A DNA stretch of 64,000 bases from Pelagomonas calceolata. Its lineage: Eukaryota. Under the pieces are notes generated by a model. It saw nothing but the letters and a program-made list of their open reading frames with translations. It did not search any database and was not told the origin of the DNA. Shown piece by piece: positions 51,585-61,388 of this stretch; the stretch's first letter is position 1; every line of letters starts with the position of its first letter. The stretch is taken from positions 1,302,001 through 1,366,000 of the forward strand of contig CAKKNE010000003.1 of assembly GCA_918797485.1 (NCBI GenBank), given 5' to 3'. A program made the position numbers and the translations under genes.

Positions 51585-53639
51585 CTAGAGGTCCTCGAGC
51601 GCCTGCCGCTCCATCGGGTCCAAATGATTGAGCAATAACCGCGGCAACTGGCCGCCGCGCGTCGCGTCGCGGATGTGCGCCTTCAGGCGGCGCGCGAGAT
51701 CCGCGAGAGTAGCCCTCCTCCGGTCCGCCTCCCCGAACTTCGCCTTGAGGGAGGGCAATTTCGCTTTTGTTTGGGACCACTGGTGCTCTACTTCATTAAC
51801 TTCCGCGTGCTTGTGGTCGAGGTCGGCCTTCAGCCGCTCCAAGTGTTCTTCCAGTAGCTCCATGTGTTCGGACAAATTCGCCTTTTCGTGGCCGAGCGTG
51901 ACGCATCTGACACGTAGCGTGTCGAGCCGCGCGTCCGCTAATTTCAGCTGGGCCCCCGCACAGGCGTCGACCGCTTCAGAAGCCTCCGCGACACATCTAG
52001 ATTGCAATCTAGAGACGTCGTCCGCTCGAGCCGCGGCTCGCGCCACGGCACCATCTAGCTTTTCTCGTAACCGCGCGTCGACGCGCTCCTGCCCCCGCAC
52101 CACCGACTCGACCTGCTGGTCCAACTCGTGCAACAGACTCTCGGCGGCTACTTTTTTTGACTCAATAGCGTTCATGCGCAAGGCGACCGCTTGGCGGGCG
52201 CCGTCGGCGTCGCGCTTCGCCGAAGCATTGGCTTCGCTCAGCCGCTCCTCGTCGCGCTTCGCCGCTAATCTGTGTTTGGCCTCGTCCTCGAGTAGTGAGG
52301 AACGCTCCTCGGTCAACGTATCCAGACACGCTTTACAGCGCTCCTCCACGGCTTCGGGCGCCTTCGTCGAGACGGCCCGGCCTAGAGCATCACCACTTGT
52401 AGGCTCCTTCTCTAAACAATCAGACAAAGTAGGACCCAGCCTCCCGCGATACGCCTGCAACCACAGCTCCGCCCGTCGTGAGATAGGTGCTCCTTCCTCG
52501 TCATCCTCATTGATGGCGCCGTCGGCTTGCGTCGCGAGTGCATCTAACGCTTGATCCGCGAGCTTCTCGGACCTTTCGGAAGCCTTCTGGGAGGCGCGTT
52601 GGATACAGGATTGCGCCGCTTGACGCATCGTCTCCCTTAGTTGAGTCGTCGGCACCGGAGGTGCTTTCCGAGCTTGCTTGGGCGGAGGCGCGACGGCTGT
52701 AGTTCTCTCAGAAAATTTCGTGAGGGCGTCGTCCGCCGCTTTCTTCAGGGCCGCTTCTAGACTAGAACCTCTTAAGTCCATGCGCTCGGCCTCATTTATA
52801 TCCTTGGCATGTGCGCTCGTTGCCTCACTCAAAGCTGTTTCATGTAATTCTTCAACAGCAGCAGTCCAGGCGTCCACTAAGGACGCTTTCCGGCAGTCCG
52901 CTAATCCATCCAGTAAAACCTCGACCTCCCTTCTTACCATGTTTCCCGTAGGGGCTCGTCCTAAGCAAGGTTTGGGCCGCGCCGCGTCGGCAGCTCGCTC
53001 CAAAAAGGCGTCGCGGGCCGCCTCCCTTCTTACAAACATGGACGTGATCAAGAGTCGCGCGTTGTTCCTTCTGGATTCCGCCTCCCCGAAACCTTTTTCG
53101 GACGCGAGGACCGTCTTTTCGAGCTGCCGCTGGGCCGTGCCCTCCTCAGAATCTCCGGAAAAGCACCACAGCAGCACGGGCATGGCCTCCCTCAAGCCTT
53201 CTCGTTCGGGTTCGAGCGACGCGTCCCGGTCGGTGTGGTACCGCGCGGCCTGCAACGCCTTGCCGAGGCACTCCCAGGGCGCGAGCTGCTGGACGGCGTC
53301 GCCCTCCGCTTTATACGCCACGACGGAAGCACTCAGTAACAAACAGCAGAGCGCGTCGGCGTTGTCGTCGCTCGTCCAATCGAGAAGCTCGACGTACGTC
53401 GCGCGGCAGCCGCGCGCCGTCGCGAGCGGCCGCGCGTGCGCCCAGGCCACTACACTATCATCGGTCGGCGGCTCAGTCAAAGTCGCGCGGAGGGGCGACG
53501 CGCCGAGGCCCAGGGCTATGGAGGCGTGGCCCTCGTCGCTTTTTAGGAGTGCCGCGCCGTCGGCGTGGAGTTCGAGCTTGCCCTGCTTGCGTTCCAGGAG
53601 TTTGACCCAGGTGCCGCTGCCTTCGAAATAAGCAGCCAT
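51585..53639 (-). CDS. Long coiled-coil protein with a degenerate GBP/atlastin-like N-terminal domain
   Basis: VKLLERKQGKLELHADGAALLK, LLLSASVVAY, MPVLLW, NNARLLITSMF; no recognisable P-loop. Confidence 0.55.
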   Translation of the reverse strand: MAAYFEGSGTWVKLLERKQGKLELHADGAALLKSDEGHASIALGLGASPLRATLTEPPTDDSVVAWAHARPLATARGCRATYVELLDWTSDDNADALCCLLLSASVVAYKAEGDAVQQLAPWECLGKALQAARYHTDRDASLEPEREGLREAMPVLLWCFSGDSEEGTAQRQLEKTVLASEKGFGEAESRRNNARLLITSMFVRREAARDAFLERAADAARPKPCLGRAPTGNMVRREVEVLLDGLADCRKASLVDAWTAAVEELHETALSEATSAHAKDINEAERMDLRGSSLEAALKKAADDALTKFSERTTAVAPPPKQARKAPPVPTTQLRETMRQAAQSCIQRASQKASERSEKLADQALDALATQADGAINEDDEEGAPISRRAELWLQAYRGRLGPTLSDCLEKEPTSGDALGRAVSTKAPEAVEERCKACLDTLTEERSSLLEDEAKHRLAAKRDEERLSEANASAKRDADGARQAVALRMNAIESKKVAAESLLHELDQQVESVVRGQERVDARLREKLDGAVARAAARADDVSRLQSRCVAEASEAVDACAGAQLKLADARLDTLRVRCVTLGHEKANLSEHMELLEEHLERLKADLDHKHAEVNEVEHQWSQTKAKLPSLKAKFGEADRRRATLADLARRLKAHIRDATRGGQLPRLLLNHLDPMERQALEDL

Positions 53640-53805
53640 GGCGGGGGGTGGTTGGCCCTGGATCCAAATTTGCTGCGCGTCAAACGACACCACGCCTGGA
53701 TTGTCGCCACCAGTCGTTCAGTTAACGACCTTAGACAATGCGTATGGCGTCCAGTGGCTGCACCTGCAGGATTACGCGCAATTTGCCGCGCCCGGTTTGC
53801 TTGGT

Positions 53806-53829
53806 GCTAGTGTCTTATATGCCGCTAGC
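53806..53829 (+). promoter_or_regulatory. CTAG-box intergenic motif
   Basis: GCTAGTGTCTTATATGCCGCTAGC. Confidence 0.75.
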
Positions 53830-54000
53830 TGATTATTTCACAGCACAGCGAGTCGACGCTAAGTCGCTAGCCGTGGCAAATACGCGGGTCTACGCGGTGT
53901 TACACGTCGCACTTATTATTGATTTTCACACCAGCGCACAAAATTGTCCGTCCGACAGCTGCAAATTGCAACCTGGAAATTTCAGTGGGAAGGATGGCGC

Positions 54001-54060
54001 CGAGCCAGGTCGGCCGTGTCGTCGCCGAGACTTGTCGGACACTAGTTGATTTCCACACAG
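54001..54060 (+). mobile_element. Orphan half of a subfamily A introner
   Basis: Ends TTGATTTCCACACAG. CGAGCCAGGTCGGCCGTGTCGTCGCCGAGA is the near reverse complement of 57720-57749. No partner TIR found. Confidence 0.75.
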
Positions 54061-54481
54061 GCTCCACCCCGCCGGCGGACTCGCGGCTCCTCGCGCACTA
54101 CATGACGCCGCCGCCGGAACCGGCGTCGGTCAAGCTCCGGCGGAAGGCCAATAACGACGCCGGTGGAGCGTTTCGACGGTGGGCGCGGCGGCGACGGAAA
54201 ATAGCTCCTCTCCCGGACTCCGGGGCTACCTACTGCGGGCAGCGTCCGGGCTATATATGCCGCGGCCACGGCAGCGAGAAGCGGTGTCTCCCGGACGCCT
54301 CGTGCAAGTAAACTGGACAGCTAGCACGGGGGCGGACCCCAAATTTGAGATTCGAGTTCCCAGCCACTTGGCCGGGGGCGATTTTGGCTAAGGGTCCTCG
54401 AACGTGCTATCGGGGTGACACTGCTCGTCGTGGCGCCGCGCGATCCTTACAGATTTAACGATTTTTTACAAGTAGAGGTTT

Positions 54482-55663
54482 CTACCGGCGGCACCAAGAT
54501 TGGCACGCAATGTCTTCACCCCCCATCTTCACCGTCCGGTGCTGCCCGCAGGGCCCGCGGTAGCGCAGCTTCTTGAACGTGTAGAGCTTGCGCGTATCCA
54601 TGAAGTCGGCGATGATCACCGTCCGCCCGCGCTTTCCATCGCTCCGACCTTTATGGATCGTGTTGGTATCGAACAGGAAGCCTCCGCCGCGTGGCCCGAC
54701 CAGCTGCACGACGTCGTAATTGCTAGAAATATACTCGTCCGAGAAGCGGCTCTGTAAAAGATCTTTGTATTCGTAGTAATGCGTCCGGTGCGACGCCTCA
54801 GCAATTAAGGTCGGCCGTCCGTCGGCCTTGACATCGTGCAAGAACAAGAAGGCTTTAACCCGCCTTCCACACCTATCATGGTGCCAAAAACCGGAAGGGT
54901 ACCCAAGCAGGTTCGGCTCCGCCCCGGAGTAGGGCGCCGTGAGCCGATTCGTCAGGCGCAGCGCCCCGATTCTTGTGCGTACGTAGGCCTTGGCCCCGAG
55001 GTAGGCGTCGAGGGCCGCCCGGAGCCGCGGCGACGCGAGCCAGGCCGCCACGTCGCCGGGGAGCAGCGTCGCCTCGACGACGCCGGCCGTCAGGTTCTGC
55101 TTGCGTGCTTCTCTGCCGAGCGCCGCGTGGGCTTTTAGCGAGATCCGCGTCACATTTTCGAACGACAACCCCCAGTCGTCAATAATTGCAGCGCCCGTCG
55201 CGTCGAGGCGGCCCGCGTCGTGGGCCGCGAGGCGCCGCCTCGAGTTTCTCGCATCGTCACCGGTCGCACCGATCTGGTCCGCGTCGACCGTTGCGAGGCG
55301 CCGCCTCTCTGAACGCATGGCGTCGTGGTCAGCCGCTGTAAGGCGCCGCCCCGCCAAAGTGTCGTGCCGCAGCATGGCCCGGTCCACCGGCTGGTGCGCA
55401 ACGACCGTCTGGGCGAACTTCTCGAACGCGTCGTCTCGTGCATCGCGGGGGAACGCCACGCCCAGCGCGTTCCAGTGCAAGCCGCGGCCGACGGCGTCGC
55501 GGATGATCGCGTCGCCGCCCTTCCGCCGCAGCGCGTCGAGTTTGCGACGCCGCTTCTCCAAAACGCCAGTAACGTGGTCTCGAAAGACGTACGCGGCCGA
55601 GTCGTTGCGCGCCCAGGGTGTGAAGGCGGCTACTGGCACCACAGTGAGCAGGAGGAGGATCAT
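54482..55663 (-). CDS. Phytanoyl-CoA dioxygenase (PhyH)-like 2OG oxygenase with signal peptide
   Basis: WHHD, VKAFLFLHDV, ASH, GPRGGGFLFDTNTIHKG..R. Confidence 0.78.
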   Translation of the reverse strand: MILLLLTVVPVAAFTPWARNDSAAYVFRDHVTGVLEKRRRKLDALRRKGGDAIIRDAVGRGLHWNALGVAFPRDARDDAFEKFAQTVVAHQPVDRAMLRHDTLAGRRLTAADHDAMRSERRRLATVDADQIGATGDDARNSRRRLAAHDAGRLDATGAAIIDDWGLSFENVTRISLKAHAALGREARKQNLTAGVVEATLLPGDVAAWLASPRLRAALDAYLGAKAYVRTRIGALRLTNRLTAPYSGAEPNLLGYPSGFWHHDRCGRRVKAFLFLHDVKADGRPTLIAEASHRTHYYEYKDLLQSRFSDEYISSNYDVVQLVGPRGGGFLFDTNTIHKGRSDGKRGRTVIIADFMDTRKLYTFKKLRYRGPCGQHRTVKMGGEDIACQSWCRR

Positions 55664-55797
55664 GGTCGCATCGCTGGGCTGCCCTTCGACGCTGCTGCCT
55701 CGCGATACTCAGGAGGTATAAATCGTCTCCCAAAAGTCCGCTTGGCGACGGATGTGCATCAGAGGCAGCCAGAGCCAATAAAATTAATTAATCATTC

Positions 55798-55820
55798 CTA
55801 GTGTCTTACCGCCCGCTAGC
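55798..55820 (+). promoter_or_regulatory. CTAG-box intergenic motif
   Basis: CTAGTGTCTTACCGCCCGCTAGC in a divergent spacer. Confidence 0.72.
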
Positions 55821-55996
55821 TAATCTTCGACGCCGACCAAGCGCGTGCACGCGTCCAGGTCGCATCTTGCAAGCTTCGCGCCTGCAATTGCAGCCAGACC
55901 CGTTTCGCCGCCGCAGCAGTCCTTGCACCGCGCACGTGGAATCCCTGCAAACACGTAGTCAGCTCTCCCAAAGCTCCCCAGCCGTACAGATCAAAA

Positions 55997-58446
55997 ATGG
56001 CAATGATCGCCCGCCGCCTCGCCCTAGGAGCAGCGGCAGCCACGTCCTTATTCAACGAGCGCGTGCAAGCGCTCAGCGCCGCTGCCAAATCGAAGGCCGT
56101 GCCGCCCGTGGCCCCTCGCCGACCGAAGGACATCCTCTTCGGCAAGGTCGCCGGCGAGGACCGCGGCCCGAACCCCATGGACCCGCCCATCGTCCGCCAG
56201 GACCCCTACTTTTGGTTAAGGGACGACACGCGCAAGGACAAGGACATCCTCGCGCACCTCGACGCGGAGAACGCCTACTCCCAGGCGCAGACGGCGCATC
56301 TGGAACAGTTCCGCGAGTCGCTCTATCAGGAGATGTTGTCTCACGTCAAAGAAGACGACGATACGGTGCCGTACAAAGATGGGGACTACATGTACTGGTC
56401 GCGGACCGTCAAGGGGCTCTCGTACAGACAGTACCTCCGCAAGCGCGTCGGGACCGAAGATGAAGTAATATACCTAGACGTCAATGAGGTCAGCAAGACC
56501 TTACCCAATCCAAAACAGTGCGTCGTGAACCAGGTCGAGGCGTCGCCGGACGGGAGCAAGATCGCCTACGCCGTCGACGGGACCGGATATGAGACTTACG
56601 ACATCGTCGTCAAGTACTTAGATGGTTCGAAGCCGGACGAAACGATCACGAAGACCATGGGCGGCGTCGCGTGGAAGGATGAAAAGACCTTTTATTACGT
56701 GGTGGAGGACAAGAGCCACCGCCCTTATCAAGTGTGGCGGCACGTTTTGGGCGAAGCCCAAGATCAAGACCAGCTCGTCTATGAGGAGCTCGACGATCTG
56801 TACAACGTTGCGTGTTGGCGATCTTTAGATGGGTCGCTGATCTTCATCGAGGCCGAGTCCAAGGAAACGACGGAATTGAGATTCATCCCACAAAGCGGGA
56901 CGGAGCCGGTCTTAGTGAGAAAGCGCGAGCCGGGCGTGCGCTACGACGCCGCTTCTCATGCACCCTCGTCTTCGCTGATCCTCACGTCGAACATCGGCGG
57001 CCTGCGCAACCGTGCTTTATTTACGGCACCCGTTTCGGCACCGGCGGACTGGACGCCGCTCATGGATTCTGAAGGCGCCGCCGTGCTGCCCCACGACGAG
57101 GGCCGGTCGCTGGACAACCCGCGCGCTTTTAAGGACTTCGTCGTCGTTACTGGGAGGGAAGATGGCTTCACGCAGATCTGGGTCGCGCCGCTTACGGCGT
57201 CCGGCGACCAGGAGTGTTCCGCGCCCGTCGCGGCGCAGGCGCACCGAATGCAGTTCGAGGCCGACGCGTTCACGGCTCGCTTAGGCGCCAACGCGGAGTT
57301 TGACCCCCAGCAACAGCTGCGCGTCACCTATTCCTCGACCGTCGCGCCCGGCTCGACGATGCAGTACGACATCGCCACTAAGGGTTACGAGGTCCTCAAG
57401 GTCGCGCCCGTCCCCAACTACGACGCTACCTTGTATGATACGGAGCGCCTGGAAGTGCCGGCGCGCGACGGCGTGAAGATCCCGGTGACGTTGTTTTGGC
57501 GCAAGGACCAGAAAAAGCCGAAGATGCCCACGCACTTGTATGGGTATGGTTCTTATGGGATTTCCATGGATCCCTCCTTCTCCGCGTCGCGGCTAGCCTT
57601 AGTGGACCGCGGCATCTGCTACGCCATCGCCCATATCAGAGGAGGCGGCGAGATGGGCCACCACCTGTGTGGAAATCAACCAGTCTGTCGGGTGCCCCGA
57701 CAATCTTCACTAAGTCATTTCTCGGCGATGACGCGGCCGACCTGGCTCGGTCGAGCGGCGAGGAACCGGCATCGCCACGCCATCGAGCAGGCGTCGCGTC
57801 GACGTCGTGGAGGACGACGCGATGATTCAGCACGAACGCGACGTAAAATTTTGATTTCCACACAGGTCATCACGAGTGGTACGAAAAACAAGGTAAATAT
57901 CTGGCGAAGAAGAACACGTTCCATGATTTTGTGGACTGTGCGCGATACCTCAAAGAGAAAGGCATCAGTGGCGACATGTCCTGCGAAGGCCGAAGCGCCG
58001 GTGGACTGTTAGTCGGCAACGCGGTCAACCTCGCCCCGGAGGCCTTCAACGCCTGCATCGCCGGCGTCCCTTTCGTGGACTTGATGACGACGATGTGCGA
58101 CCCGTCCATACCACTAACGACGGAGGAGTGGGAGGAGTGGGGCAATCCTAATGAGGCGAAGTATCACGACTACATGCTCTCGTATTCTCCGATTGACAAC
58201 GTGCAGGCGGGCGTGACGTACCCCCAGATGTTGTTGGTGAGTGGCCTAAACGACCCGCGCGTCGCCTACTGGGAGCCGGCGAAGTGGGCTCAAGTATTAA
58301 GGCACGAAATCGCGAACGGCGACGAGACGCTCGTGAAGATGGATATGAGCGCTGGTCACTTTAGTGCGGCGGACCGCTACCGCTACCTGCGCGAGCTGGC
58401 CTTCGACTACGCCTGGCTGCTGGACGTGTTCGGGAAGGCGGAGTAG
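55997..58446 (+). CDS. ptrB: Oligopeptidase B (peptidase S9A); exons 55997-57656 and 57866-58446
   Basis: DPYFWLRD, LYGYGSYG; spliced HIRGGGEMGHHEWYEKQGK..KNTFHDF; catalytic GRSAGG, DPRV and GH. Confidence 0.93.
57657..57865 (+). mobile_element. Introner intron, subfamily A (209 nt, GC-AG)
   Basis: Perfect 15-bp TIRs at 57665 and 57851-57865; TSD GCCACCAC/GTCATCAC; the 3' two-thirds is near-identical to the 19965 copy. Confidence 0.93.
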
Positions 58447-58569
58447 TCGCCTCGCTTCGACGGCGTCGACCACACGACGCGTCGATGGCGTGGAGGTGGA
58501 CGCGAGCCAACGCGGCGGGCGCGCGATGAGAGGAGTAGTGTGCTAAGTTTATTCTATCAACATTCAAAA

Positions 58570-60063
58570 TTAAGCATACCTGTATGCCTGCACGCAGGAG
58601 ATAGTGGAAAAAGCGCCGAGCGTCCTCGCGAGATACGAGTTATAAAAGTCGGGCTGGCGATACGCGAAGACCATCAAAAAGAACGCAACGACCAGATAAC
58701 TATCACTTCTCACCTTGGGCACTTGTTTGTCGTCGGCACAAAGAGGCGGTCTCCGTAACGGCCCGCCCCTGCAAGTATACGATTTTCCCCCCAGAAGGTA
58801 GTTCACGCAGTCTACCGCGATGAACCACCAAACAGCGAACACCGCCACGACCAGGGCATAACAACATGCACGCGCCGCTCCAGAGCAGTACAACGAAATC
58901 AGAGCAGGGACCGCACCAAAAATGCAAGCAAATCCAGTCCAAACGTTCGCATACGCAAGTGCTCCTGTAACTTCTGCCTCGTAGCGCACCGCGCCTGTAA
59001 TTTCTGCCTCGGCACCGAAGAGATTCTCTACCTTCGTCTCTAGACTATCGAGTCCATCGGCACCCATGAGATTCGAGTAGACCTGCCAAGCTGTCCTTTC
59101 TTCGCCAAAGCTGTCGACTCGCAGGAAACGAGCGCGAAATTTGAGGGCGTGGCGTTGGCTCACTTCGGGGCCGCACCCGCCGCTGCGTAGCAAAAACCGC
59201 ATAGCCTCGTCGTAGCGTCTGAGTCCACAAAGCACACTCGTCAAATTATTGACCGCGACAATTGTACGTTCGTTCCCCTCTCCGTACAAATCCAAGGTGT
59301 CGACGAAGATATCGATCGACCGTTGCAGCGCTTCCTCCTTCCGGCCGAGCCTATAATGGCACTTGGCGATTTGCGCCCGACACCAGAGAATCGCTTCGGG
59401 TCGAGCCAAGTTACGTTGGAAGCAGCCTAGTGCCGCCTCCAGGACAGGAAATGCTTCTTCCACGCGGTCTAAATGCCCTAGACAGATTCCCAACCCAGTA
59501 ATTGCAAAGATCCGAAGCTGATCGTCCTCTGGTCGGCTCAAGTAAGTCTTCCAACACGCCCAGCCCAGTGCAGGGTATAAATCGTTATCGAAAACACACT
59601 TGCAAACACCGCACGATCTCCATCGAGTCCACCTTGAATTTAAGCTCAGAACTGGGTCCGCGTCCGAGTTATAGTCGTAGTCGTCCTCTACCACCATACG
59701 CGCGCGTCGCACAAGGCACGACAAGTGCACAAAGCTCGTGTCAGTCGCACCGCTATATGCGCATTCGCATCCGCACACGAGGCCCTCTCCGGTATCCTCC
59801 AAGCATATGTAGCAGGTCGCGTCCTCCGGTATGTATTCGGCGCAAGCCTCGACCGCGAACGCGACGGCCTCCTTATATTTTTTGTCGGCATGATATTGTT
59901 CCGCGCCTCCGCCGCGGTGTATTTTCTTGCAGATCTGCTTGTGGCCGCGGCGCCAGTGGTCTAAGCGGCAGGGCATATCACAATACCTCACTTGGCACCT
60001 CTCACATCGCGGCGCGTCGTGGGCCAGTGGGGCGGCGCAGGCGGCGCAATTTATGAGGATCAT
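58570..60063 (-). CDS. MYND zinc finger + RING-variant + TPR protein with hydrophobic C-terminus
   Basis: CAAC..CERC..YC..C..HW..HKQIC; CYICLE..CGCEC..HLSCL..W..CGVC; TPR helices. Confidence 0.8.
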   Translation of the reverse strand: MILINCAACAAPLAHDAPRCERCQVRYCDMPCRLDHWRRGHKQICKKIHRGGGAEQYHADKKYKEAVAFAVEACAEYIPEDATCYICLEDTGEGLVCGCECAYSGATDTSFVHLSCLVRRARMVVEDDYDYNSDADPVLSLNSRWTRWRSCGVCKCVFDNDLYPALGWACWKTYLSRPEDDQLRIFAITGLGICLGHLDRVEEAFPVLEAALGCFQRNLARPEAILWCRAQIAKCHYRLGRKEEALQRSIDIFVDTLDLYGEGNERTIVAVNNLTSVLCGLRRYDEAMRFLLRSGGCGPEVSQRHALKFRARFLRVDSFGEERTAWQVYSNLMGADGLDSLETKVENLFGAEAEITGAVRYEAEVTGALAYANVWTGFACIFGAVPALISLYCSGAARACCYALVVAVFAVWWFIAVDCVNYLLGGKSYTCRGGPLRRPPLCADDKQVPKVRSDSYLVVAFFLMVFAYRQPDFYNSYLARTLGAFSTISCVQAYRYA

Positions 60064-60232
60064 TTTGCGTTGGTTTGGCGTATATGAGGTTCGCGCGGCG
60101 GCGAGTGCTTTTTGGCAAAGTAACCACAGTCAAAACGGGTTTTCGCGCGGACGCATGCGTCTGCAGAGGCTAGCTACGATAAGCGACGTAAGCAATAAAC
60201 GTAACTGTTATACACGAGAAGCAAGCACGAAT

Positions 60233-61177
60233 CTAGGAGCCAATCTGCAAACCGTAGCCGAACTTGAACGAGTCCCGCGGCTTGCCCGGCTCCGCCGCCC
60301 AGCCCAGCGTCATCTCCGCGCTGAACAGCAACTTGGCCGCCGGCGACAGGACCGCCTCGACGCAGGACTGCATCCGCCCGCTGCCGTCGACCGCGAGGTT
60401 GACCCTCGACTGCTTCAACGCAAATTCCGCACCAGCACTGAACGACGCGTCGCCCGTCGCGGGCGCCACGTTCAGCTCCGTGCCCAGCGTGACGCGGTTC
60501 GGACTGACGGTTCGCGCGTAGCCCAGCGCCAACTGGCCGGGCTGCGCCGGCGGCCCCGCGCTCCAGGACGCGACGCCCGACCACTTGTCGCCCGTCCACT
60601 TGAGGGCCGACGTGAACGTCGCCGCGGGCGCCGCCGCCTGGAGGATGCCCTCGCCACCTAAAGCTAGTCGCTTCGTGATGGCCTGGACGTAGCTGCAGCC
60701 GAGGTGCGTCCCGTTCACCCCATGAATGTTCCGCGCGACCTTGAGCTGCGACGACGACGTCGTGCCAATGTAGTCCAAATCGCAAATGCCCACAAAGGCC
60801 TGGGGGTCGTTGGGCAAATTAAAAATGAGCTTGCCCTGCAAGGGGCCGGCGACGGCCCCGACGATCTGGCCCTCCACGGTCCCGTACTGGTCGACGGACC
60901 CGAAGCACACGCGCTCGTTGTCGCCGAGCGTCGCGCCGAACTTGTAATGCTGGTTCGCCGACGGGTAGTGGCTCCCGCCCAACCAGAAATTATGGTTCAC
61001 GGCGAAGGTCGGCGTGAGCGGCTTGCTCACGTCGAACTTCACGCCCTCAAAGGTGTTGCAGTGGACGACCCTCCGGCAGTCGTCGTGGAGCCGCTCGAAC
61101 GGGCCCGGGTTCTTCGGGCCCTGCGTGTCGTCCTCCGCCGGAGCTAATTCGAGGCATCGGGACGCTTTCGCGCCCAT
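60233..61177 (-). CDS. TOM40: Mitochondrial import channel TOM40
   Basis: NPGPFERLH, FEGVKFDVSK, SYVQAITKRLALGGE, KFGYGLQIG. Confidence 0.92.
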   Translation of the reverse strand: MGAKASRCLELAPAEDDTQGPKNPGPFERLHDDCRRVVHCNTFEGVKFDVSKPLTPTFAVNHNFWLGGSHYPSANQHYKFGATLGDNERVCFGSVDQYGTVEGQIVGAVAGPLQGKLIFNLPNDPQAFVGICDLDYIGTTSSSQLKVARNIHGVNGTHLGCSYVQAITKRLALGGEGILQAAAPAATFTSALKWTGDKWSGVASWSAGPPAQPGQLALGYARTVSPNRVTLGTELNVAPATGDASFSAGAEFALKQSRVNLAVDGSGRMQSCVEAVLSPAAKLLFSAEMTLGWAAEPGKPRDSFKFGYGLQIGS

Positions 61178-61388
61178 GGTTGGCTAGGCGCGCGCGTCCG
61201 CGGCGGCAGCGCTCGCTGGAGAGTGCTTGTGCCTCTCGCTCGCTGGAGGGGGCTGGCGTCGAAAGTGCTGGCGGGTACGGCTTGACAGCTTCGCGTACGT
61301 TTCGCCGGCGTCTTAGAGCTATTTCTAGCTCGCAGCGGTGTGACAACGCGTACAGCGCTGGCAAAACCACGGCGGCGCAGGCGGCAGG

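Noticed and set aside
57657..58012. C-terminal extension of the 671-aa ORF (..RRKILISTQV..)
   Set aside because: This is translated introner sequence; the same peptide appears at 19905-20267, so it is not protein-coding.
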